From positions 1,280,001 through 1,344,000 of the forward strand of contig CATQHZ020000001.1 of NCBI GenBank assembly GCA_958296135.2: 64,000 bases of DNA. The letters are read 5' to 3'. The position numbers were made by a program, and so were the translations under genes. The notes below the pieces were generated by a model that saw only the letters and a list, made by a program, of their open reading frames with translations, ran no database searches and had not been told where the DNA came from. Numbering within the stretch: position 1 is the first letter of the stretch; every line of letters starts with the position of its first letter. This document shows positions 29,711 to 36,833 of the stretch, piece after piece. This stretch comes from an uncultured Poribacteria bacterium (GTDB taxonomy: Bacteria > Poribacteria > WGA-4E > WGA-3G).

Positions 29711-30418
29711 ATGCGTCTGCGTGCAACCGGCATCACAAAGCACTTCGGACATCGCCCGATTGTTAAAGACGTTGACATTGCGGTTGACGCTGGAGAAGTC
29801 GTCACAATTTTCGGTCCGAACGGTGCGGGCAAGACGACGCTGCTGAAAATTCTCGCGACGCTCCTCCGGCCAACGTCCGGGCAGCTTGAGATTGAGGGCA
29901 CGGCCGCGCTTACGGATTCCCTCAACGTCCGCAGCGCGCTGGGTGTCGTCATCCATGAATCCTTGGCTTATCCCGATTTCAGTCCTTATGAAAATCTTAA
30001 ATTCTTCGGGCGGATGTATGGCATTGCGCAATTAGAAGAACGCTGCACGACGCTCCTCGCTGAAGTTGGGTTGAACCGTTTTATCCATGAACCTCTTCGG
30101 CACTTCTCACGTGGCATGACGCAGCGGTTTATGATAGCGAGGGCCCTGCTTCATCACCCTTCGGTATTGCTCTTCGATGAGCCCTTCTCTGGGCTTGATG
30201 CTGCTGCCAAGCAGTTTGTCCTCCAGCGCATTGCGCGGGAACGGGCGGAAGGCAAGGGCATTATCATCACCACACACAACACAGAATTAGGCTATCTTGC
30301 TGGCACAAGGTTTCTTTTCATGATAAACGGCGAGTTGGAGGCAGTCGCGAGGAAAGATGACATTGCGATGGGCGCGTTGGTGCTGTTATATGAGGAGCGG
30401 GTGGTAAATCTGGTTTGA
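29711..30418 (+). CDS. ccmA: Heme exporter ABC ATPase CcmA
   Basis: GPNGAGKTT, FSRGMTQR, LLFDEPFSGLD, TTH; upstream of ccmB. Confidence 0.85.
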   Translation: MRLRATGITKHFGHRPIVKDVDIAVDAGEVVTIFGPNGAGKTTLLKILATLLRPTSGQLEIEGTAALTDSLNVRSALGVVIHESLAYPDFSPYENLKFFGRMYGIAQLEERCTTLLAEVGLNRFIHEPLRHFSRGMTQRFMIARALLHHPSVLLFDEPFSGLDAAAKQFVLQRIARERAEGKGIIITTHNTELGYLAGTRFLFMINGELEAVARKDDIAMGALVLLYEERVVNLV

Positions 30419-30494
30419 AAATTTCGGATGCGTTTTGCATGCATTCTGCGGGATATGCTATAATGCATAGTAGCGGCGCGCAAGGAGAATTCTA

Positions 30495-30935
30495 GTGAAA
30501 GAGCAGCGGATATCGCTCTTAAGTCTCAGACAAGTCTGGGAGAAGCCGGGCATTTTTATCTTTTTGGCTCAAGTCATCGTGTTTTATATTATCGTCGGGC
30601 ATCACGAAATCGGAAAGGGGATTGGGTTCGCCGAGACGCTCATCGCTATCTTTGGGCATGTCACACTCTTCATTCCCGTTGCGATTTTCCACACGATGCT
30701 CATCACTGAATTAGGAGGTTGGCTGATGATTAAGTATAGAATGTTCATGGATGAGCGCGCGCAGCGCATTGCTAAGGCGGAAGCTAAGGGGAAAGCGGAG
30801 GGCATCGCCGAGGGCATCGCCGAGCGCGACCGGGAGTGGGCGGCGTGGAATGAGCGGCGGCTGGCTGCGGCGGCGCAAGGACAACCGTTTGATGAGCCAC
30901 CGCCGTTGAATACGCCACCTGCACCCCCGCAATAA
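30495..30935 (+). CDS. Hypothetical membrane protein with an (A)EG-repeat helical tail
   Basis: Own promoter (TTGCAT...TATAAT 30435-30464), AAGGAG SD, GTG start; two TM segments then KAEAKGKAEGIAEGIAERDREW. Confidence 0.75.
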   Translation: MKEQRISLLSLRQVWEKPGIFIFLAQVIVFYIIVGHHEIGKGIGFAETLIAIFGHVTLFIPVAIFHTMLITELGGWLMIKYRMFMDERAQRIAKAEAKGKAEGIAEGIAERDREWAAWNERRLAAAAQGQPFDEPPPLNTPPAPPQ

Positions 30936-31212
30936 CGCGTGGGAAACGCTCCTTTGTTTCCGTAGGGCGAGGGCCTGTCCCTCGCCTTACAAGCAGTCAA
31001 AGTGAGGTTGGCTGATGATTAAGTATAGAATGTTCATGGATGAGCGCGCGCAGCGCATTGCTAAGGCGGAAGCTAAGGGGAAAGCGGAGGGCATCGCCGA
31101 GCGCGACCGGGAGTGGGCGGCGTGGAATGAGCGGCGGCTGGCTGCGGCGGCGCAAGGACAACCCTTTGATGAGCCACCGCCGTCAAACACTCCATCTGCG
31201 CTATCGCAATAG
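30715..31212 (+). repeat. Direct duplication of about 200 bp (30715-30935 and 31004-31212)
   Basis: Near-identical from GAGGTTGGCTGATGATTAAG onward; differ by one 12-bp GAGGGCATCGCC unit and a diverged tail. Confidence 0.95.
31015..31212 (+). CDS. Small protein (65 aa), stand-alone copy of the upstream C-terminal tail
   Basis: GAGGT SD before ATG; intact ORF MIKYRMFMDERAQRIAKAEAKGKAEGIAERDREW... Confidence 0.6.
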   Translation: MIKYRMFMDERAQRIAKAEAKGKAEGIAERDREWAAWNERRLAAAAQGQPFDEPPPSNTPSALSQ

Positions 31213-31298
31213 CAGGCACCGGCTTTAGGCGTGGTTGCAAACCGCGCCTACGGCATTCGCTTTACGTTTAACCTACTCACGCAGAAAAGGGAACGTTG

Positions 31299-31994
31299 AT
31301 GAAGGAAACCCTCCGTCACATCGGCACGCTCATTCGGAAAGACCTCGGGCTCCACTTCCGTTCAAAAGAGACGCTGGCTTTAATCTTTGTCTTTAGCCTG
31401 CTGGTTGTCCTCATCTTCGCGTTCGCCTTCGGGCCGGTTTTCCCTGAGAAAGCGGAGCGCGGCAAACTCACCGCCAGCGTCCTCTGGGCCGCTTTCATCT
31501 TCGCAGGAATTATCACCTTAAACCGTTCATTGACGCTTGAAAGGACGAGTGGTGCCTTGCACGGTATCCGACTGACAGGCGTTGATGCCAGCAACTTCTA
31601 CCTCGCTAAGGTTATCAGCAATCTCATTTTTCTGTCGTTGTTAGAAGTTGTCATCACGCCGATTGCGCTGCAATTCTTGGATCTCCTTAATTTGGTGACG
31701 GTAGGCGTGCTGCTGAAATTGATGGGCGTATTGAGCATCGGCACGCTCGGATTTTGTGCTGTCGGCGTGCTACTGGCAGGCATGTCAACGAGTGCCAGCG
31801 GCGGCGAAAGCCTCCTCTCTGTCATCTTGTTGCCGCTCGTCCTCCCGATTATCATGGGCGGTGCGAAATGCACCGTATCCCTGCTCGTCAATGGGACGGT
31901 GGCAAGCGGGATGTGGCTGAATTTGTTAGTTGGGTATAGTCTGATTTTTTTAGCCGCCGCCTATCTCCTCGCCGATGCTGTAATTGAGGAATAG
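31299..31994 (+). CDS. ccmB: Heme exporter permease CcmB
   Basis: LIRKDL, VLWAAFIFAG, ERTSGALHG, LLSVILLPLVLP; six TM segments. Confidence 0.88.
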   Translation: MKETLRHIGTLIRKDLGLHFRSKETLALIFVFSLLVVLIFAFAFGPVFPEKAERGKLTASVLWAAFIFAGIITLNRSLTLERTSGALHGIRLTGVDASNFYLAKVISNLIFLSLLEVVITPIALQFLDLLNLVTVGVLLKLMGVLSIGTLGFCAVGVLLAGMSTSASGGESLLSVILLPLVLPIIMGGAKCTVSLLVNGTVASGMWLNLLVGYSLIFLAAAYLLADAVIEE

Positions 31995-32009
31995 CAAAGG
32001 AAACACGTT

Positions 32010-33650
32010 ATGTCCAAAAAACCGATCGATCATTATCAACACCGCGACAAGCGCGCGAACAACCCAACGCAGGAACTCAGCGGCTTCGCTGAAGATGCCG
32101 AGACGCAACCCGACACCGTCCGCTACCCGCGCGATACCGCGTTGGACCCGCAGCTCGTCTGGCGCGGCAAAGACGCACAGAATAGCGAGGCACTCAGTGT
32201 GCACGCCGTGCCAATTTACGCGCAGGAGCACATCCAGCCTCAGGCGATTATCGAGGCACTCCGCACGCAAAAATCACAGACCAAACCCGCGCAAACCGAG
32301 CTGTTCTTTGAGGGATTCAACGCGCTAGAATTTGGGCAGCGTATTGAATTCTATCAGCACGAGCAGCATTGGAACAACCGCTTTATCTTGGGCGATTCGC
32401 TCCTCGTTATGAACTCCCTCGCCGAGAAAGAGGGGCTTAAAAGCCGAGTGCAGACGATATACTTCGATCCGCCTTACGGCATCAAATTCGGCAGTAACTG
32501 GCAGGTTAGCACGCGCAAACCGAACGTCGGCGATACGAAAACGGAGGACGTGACGCTCCAACCGGAACAGATCCGCGCGTTCCGAGATACGTGGGAGCTC
32601 GGCATCCACTCCTATTTGGCGTATCTGCGCGACCGGCTCACCGTTGCGCGCGAACTGCTCACCGACAGCGGGAGCATCTTTGTCCAGATCGGCGATGAAA
32701 ACGTCCACCGCGTCCGATGCGTATTAGATGAGGTGTTCGGTGATGAGAACTTTGTCTCCACCATCACGTGGACACGTGGCGGAATGACTTCCTCATCCGG
32801 GCTCGCCGCAATCTCCGATTATCTTTTGTGGTATGCAAAGGATAAGGAGCAGATGAAATATCGGCAGCTCTATATGCAATGGGATGAGCGTGCGCCCGAT
32901 CCGCTCCTTAATTCCTACACCCAAGTTGAATTGCCGGATGGAACACGCCGCGGAATGACAAGTGCTGAGAAGAAAAACCCCGCGCTCTTACCTGAAAACA
33001 GTCGGAGGTTTCAGATTGTCTTGGCATCATCGCAGACTGCTGGAGGGGCTACTGCTAAATACGAATTTGAAGGAAGGACTTTTATCCCTTCACGAGGTAG
33101 AGGCTGGGCGACAAGTCCTGAAGGTTTTGATCGGCTTGCTAAACAGAGTAGGCTTGTTGCAAGAAAAATTACGCTGAACTATGTCCGTTATGCAGGCGAT
33201 TTTCCAGGGCGAGAGATTACGAATCTTTGGACAGACACCGGACGGGGCGGGGCTGGAAAAACCTACGTCGTGGAAACGAACCCCAAAGTCATCCAGCGGT
33301 GTATCCTGATGACGAGCGACCCGGGAGATCTTGTCCTCGATCCGACGTGCGGCAGCGGCACCACCGCTTACGTCGCTGAACAATGGGGCAGACGATGGAT
33401 AACGATAGACACGTCCCGTGTTGCGCTCGCTTTGGCGCGCACGAGACTTATGTCTGCTGTGTATCCCTATTATCAGTTGGCAGATGCGGTTGACATCAAA
33501 CAGGGGTTCGCCTACAAAACCGCGCCGCACATCAGCCTCTCGGATATGGCGAACAACCTTGAGATTGACGACATCCATGCGGCGTATGCACCGAAATTAG
33601 CGGAGATTCGGAATTTACTTAACTCAAGTATAGGTAAGGGGGGGGGGTAA
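32010..33650 (+). CDS. Type III-like DNA methyltransferase Mod1, catalytic N-terminal part (ends at G10 tract)
   Basis: ILGDSL, YFDPPYG (motif IV), TRD, VLDPTCGSGTT (motif I), GRRWITIDTS; beta-class motif order. Confidence 0.93.
   Translation: MSKKPIDHYQHRDKRANNPTQELSGFAEDAETQPDTVRYPRDTALDPQLVWRGKDAQNSEALSVHAVPIYAQEHIQPQAIIEALRTQKSQTKPAQTELFFEGFNALEFGQRIEFYQHEQHWNNRFILGDSLLVMNSLAEKEGLKSRVQTIYFDPPYGIKFGSNWQVSTRKPNVGDTKTEDVTLQPEQIRAFRDTWELGIHSYLAYLRDRLTVARELLTDSGSIFVQIGDENVHRVRCVLDEVFGDENFVSTITWTRGGMTSSSGLAAISDYLLWYAKDKEQMKYRQLYMQWDERAPDPLLNSYTQVELPDGTRRGMTSAEKKNPALLPENSRRFQIVLASSQTAGGATAKYEFEGRTFIPSRGRGWATSPEGFDRLAKQSRLVARKITLNYVRYAGDFPGREITNLWTDTGRGGAGKTYVVETNPKVIQRCILMTSDPGDLVLDPTCGSGTTAYVAEQWGRRWITIDTSRVALALARTRLMSAVYPYYQLADAVDIKQGFAYKTAPHISLSDMANNLEIDDIHAAYAPKLAEIRNLLNSSIGKGGG
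33638..33647 (+). repeat. G10 homopolymer at the Mod1 frameshift junction
   Basis: GGTAA-GGGGGGGGGG-TAAAG; G8 or G11 would fuse the two frames. Confidence 0.95.
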
Positions 33651-34690
33651 AGTGGGAAGAATGGGACATCCCTCAAGAACCCGATTCTTCGTGGAGCGTG
33701 GAGACGCAGCGGTTGCACCAGCAGTGGCACTCTCTCAAGCGCGAGCGGCAGGCGGAGATGGATGCCTCCACTGCGGCGCGCGCTACCCATGAAATTCTCT
33801 ACGATCGGCCGCGTGAAGACCGGAAGCGGACGCGTATAGCCGGTCCGTTTACGGTGGAGAGTTTATCGCCGCACCGCATGCGAGAGGGAGCCGATACCGC
33901 ACCGCCGGTGGCATCGCCGGATTTTCACACGCATATCGTGGAGCATTTGAAGAGTGCGGGCGTGCAGAGTCGCATCAAGGCACAACGGCTGACGTTTGAC
34001 TGGCTGTCGCTGTTCCCCGGCGAGTATCTCCATGCGGAGGGGGCGTACTCAGACGAGAGCGGTGAATCGCAAAGCGTCGCGATTAGCATTGGGCCGCAGT
34101 ATGAAACTGTGGGTAGGCAGTGGATGGAAGGTGCGGCGCGCGAGGCGATGCGGCGCATCCCGAAGTTCAAGCAGCTCATCGTTTTAGGGTTCGCTTTTGA
34201 GGGATACACGGCAGATGAGCGGACGCGCGTCGGAATCCTCCCGATTCTTCCTGTTAAGATGAGTCCGGAGCTGATGATAGGCGAGCTCAAGAACACCGGC
34301 GCGGGCAATCTCTTCATGAACTTTGGCGAACCGGATATAGAAATCCAGCGTCAGCCTGACGACACGTTTGTCGTAAAGTTGTTGGGAGTTGATGTGTTCG
34401 ATGCGCGGCAAGGCTTGGTGCGTTCGGATAACCCTGATGAGATTGCGTGTTGGTTTATTGACACGGACTACAACGATGAGGCGTTCTTCGTGCGGCACGC
34501 CTATTTCACGGGCGCGGACGAACCCTACAAGAAACTCAAGCAGACGTTGGGTGACAACATTGATGAGGCTGCGTGGGAGCGTTTGTATCGGACAGAGAGT
34601 CTTCCGTTTGTGCGGCCTGCCGCCGGCAAAATCGCCGTGAAAGTGATTAATCATTATGGCGATGAGGTGCTGAAGGTTTATGAGGTGTGA
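33647..34690 (+). CDS. Mod1 C-terminal domain, in the -1 frame after the G tract
   Basis: Frame opens at the tract: VKWEEWDIPQEP...GPFTVESLSP...IACWFIDTDY...KIAVKVINHYGDEVLKVYEV, a typical Mod C-terminus; no well-spaced SD. Confidence 0.88.
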   Translation, partial: VKWEEWDIPQEPDSSWSVETQRLHQQWHSLKRERQAEMDASTAARATHEILYDRPREDRKRTRIAGPFTVESLSPHRMREGADTAPPVASPDFHTHIVEHLKSAGVQSRIKAQRLTFDWLSLFPGEYLHAEGAYSDESGESQSVAISIGPQYETVGRQWMEGAAREAMRRIPKFKQLIVLGFAFEGYTADERTRVGILPILPVKMSPELMIGELKNTGAGNLFMNFGEPDIEIQRQPDDTFVVKLLGVDVFDARQGLVRSDNPDEIACWFIDTDYNDEAFFVRHAYFTGADEPYKKLKQTLGDNIDEAAWERLYRTESLPFVRPAAGKIAVKVINHYGDEVLKVYEV

Positions 34691-34702
34691 TTTTTTAGGA
34701 AG

Positions 34703-34845
34703 GAAATCGAGACCAGGAGGTCTCTCCTGCCGGGGAAATCAAGGCCAGGAGGTCTCTCCTACCGGCGGAGGAAATCGAGACCGGGAGGAGGTCTCTCCTA
34801 CCGGGGCAGGAAATCGAGACCGGGAGGTCTCTCCTACTGGGGCGG
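34703..34845. repeat. Tandem array of 4 REP elements
   Basis: GAAATCGAGACCGGGAGGTCTCTCCTAC-like units ending at 34730, 34762, 34801 and 34837. Confidence 0.85.
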
Positions 34846-34865
34846 GCTGTGATTTTTGTCAAAAG

Positions 34866-34894
34866 TTGCATTTCGGCGCGTGATGTGGTATAAT
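34866..34894 (+). promoter_or_regulatory. Internal sigma70 promoter for the ATPase-PIN(-res) unit
   Basis: TTGCAT-17 nt-TATAAT with TG extension, then AAAGGAG SD. Confidence 0.72.
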
Positions 34895-34918
34895 TAAAGT
34901 TAAAGGAGACTGAAAGCG

Positions 34919-36235
34919 ATGATTACGCATATCCGCGTGAAAAACTTCAAGTCGTGGGTTGACAGCGGGGAGGTACGTCTTGCACCGCTGACGGGGTTTT
35001 TCGGGACGAATAGTTCTGGGAAGAGCAGTCTGTTGCAGATGTTGCTGCTGCTGAAGCAGACGATCGGCCGCGAGGACGTGCTGTTTTTCGGTGATGAGTC
35101 TTCGTTGGTGAATTTGGGGAGTTTCCGCGATGTGATTCATGGACATGACACCGATGCTTCGCTAGAGTTAGAATGTGGGTGCCAACCTCAAGAACCACTG
35201 TCCATTGAAGTGTATGGAGAGGAGCCAGACGGTAGTGAGAGGTCTCTCCCGGTGCCTTTTCATCACTTCACTCTTAGCACGTCTATTCATAGAAACAAGG
35301 ATAGTCTCCTTGTTGAGTACCTTCGTTATGGTTTGGACTCGCGTGATGTTCCAGGTATTGAATGGGCGGCGAAGACTGTGTCCTATAAAAATTCGCTTGA
35401 TAAGACAGTGCTAGCAGTTGGGGGTGTCCAGAATTGCTATGGGGTGGCCGCTTCCGGGTCACTCGTTTTACTGCCGCTCACCTCTGCGTTTGAGCATCAA
35501 TTTTCCTGCGTCTATTACCTCGGGCCGGCTCGGGTTACGCCGCAGCGATGTTATCATTGGGAAGGCAGCCATCCGCAGGACACCGGGTTGTGGGGCGATA
35601 AAACGATTGACGCTCTGCTCTCCGCGCGGGTGCTACAACTGAAAACTTCCGATAAAGAAGATGCTGTCCCGATTGAGGAACAGATATCAAAATGGCTCCA
35701 CGAGATGGAGCTTGCCCACTCCTTTTCGCTGAGGCTGAGCCCTAACGGCGATGGTAGGGATTATGAAGTTCGCATCAAAAAAGACAGCGTCAGTCCTGAG
35801 GTAACGCTCGTTGACATGGGCTATGGCTTATCGCAATTTCTCCCGGTGCTCGTTCTCTGTTATTATGCGCCGGAGGGCTCAACACTCATTCTGGAGCAGC
35901 CGGGCATCCACCTGCATCCAAAGGTGCAATCGCAACTGGCGGATTTGCTGATAGAGGTTGTCACGGAACGGAATCTCCAGGTCTTGGTGGAGAGCCACAG
36001 CGAACATCTGCTGACTCGGCTGCAGCTTCGCATCGCGGAAGAAAAGATTGGCGCGGACAAGACTGCCCTCTATTTTTGCGAAAATAAGGAGGGTGTTTCC
36101 GAAATGAAATCGTTGGAACTTGACGAACTCGGAAACATCAAAAACTGGCCGCCAGACTTCTTTGGCACTGTCAGAGGAGACCTTGTTAAAATGACGAAGG
36201 CCCAAATGAAACGTCAGAAGCGAACGGAGGGATAA
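34919..36235 (+). CDS. ABC-type ATPase (AAA_15/AAA_21-like) with DUF3696-like C-terminus
   Basis: IRVKNFKS, Walker A GTNSSGKSS, signature MGYGLSQFLPV, LILEQPGIHLHP, ESHSEH, GNIKNWPPDFF. Confidence 0.9.
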   Translation: MITHIRVKNFKSWVDSGEVRLAPLTGFFGTNSSGKSSLLQMLLLLKQTIGREDVLFFGDESSLVNLGSFRDVIHGHDTDASLELECGCQPQEPLSIEVYGEEPDGSERSLPVPFHHFTLSTSIHRNKDSLLVEYLRYGLDSRDVPGIEWAAKTVSYKNSLDKTVLAVGGVQNCYGVAASGSLVLLPLTSAFEHQFSCVYYLGPARVTPQRCYHWEGSHPQDTGLWGDKTIDALLSARVLQLKTSDKEDAVPIEEQISKWLHEMELAHSFSLRLSPNGDGRDYEVRIKKDSVSPEVTLVDMGYGLSQFLPVLVLCYYAPEGSTLILEQPGIHLHPKVQSQLADLLIEVVTERNLQVLVESHSEHLLTRLQLRIAEEKIGADKTALYFCENKEGVSEMKSLELDELGNIKNWPPDFFGTVRGDLVKMTKAQMKRQKRTEG

Positions 36236-36780
36236 TGGACGCTGTTGTCGTAGATACTAACGTTATCTTGGTTGCGAAAGGGATGGCAGATCAGGCATGG
36301 CCGGCATGCGTCCATACATGCATAGAACGGCTAGACCGGATTGTTGAGGGCTCAGAGAGAGTCGTCATTGATGACAACTGGGAAATCCTCGGCGAGTATT
36401 CGGACTATGAAGAGGACGGTTCAACGACAGCGGCGCGAACCGGCTGGGGATTTTTGGAGTGGTTGATGCGAAACCACGAGAATCCGGAACAGTGCGTGAA
36501 GGTGCATATCACGCCTTTGACAGATGGAACTGGATTTGAAGAATTCCCCACCGATCCGGCATTAAGCGGGTTTGACCCGGCCGACAAAAAATTTATCGCT
36601 GTCGCTGTCGTTTATGAAGACGTGCATCGCCAAAAAGTGCCGGTCTTACAAGCGGTAGATAGCAATTGGTACGGATTCCGCGAGGCATTCTCTCGGAATG
36701 GATTGACAATTGACTTCGTTTGTGAGGATAACCTCCGTCTTTTGTATGAAAGGCGCGGTGAAAGGCGTGCAAAAAACTAA
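36235..36780 (+). CDS. PIN-domain protein
   Basis: VVVDTNVIL, ILGEY, FDPADKKFIAVA, AVDSNW acidic tetrad; TAATG overlap with the ATPase. Confidence 0.8.
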   Translation: MDAVVVDTNVILVAKGMADQAWPACVHTCIERLDRIVEGSERVVIDDNWEILGEYSDYEEDGSTTAARTGWGFLEWLMRNHENPEQCVKVHITPLTDGTGFEEFPTDPALSGFDPADKKFIAVAVVYEDVHRQKVPVLQAVDSNWYGFREAFSRNGLTIDFVCEDNLRLLYERRGERRAKN

Positions 36781-36833
36781 CCGTTTGTATTGGTTTTGAA
36801 CTAAATGATGCTGTCTATGGAGAAACCACTCAC

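Noticed and set aside
34703-34845. Possible CRISPR array or repeat-peptide ORF 34680-34883
   Set aside because: Degenerate REP tandem with no unique spacers; the ORF is a by-product of the repeats
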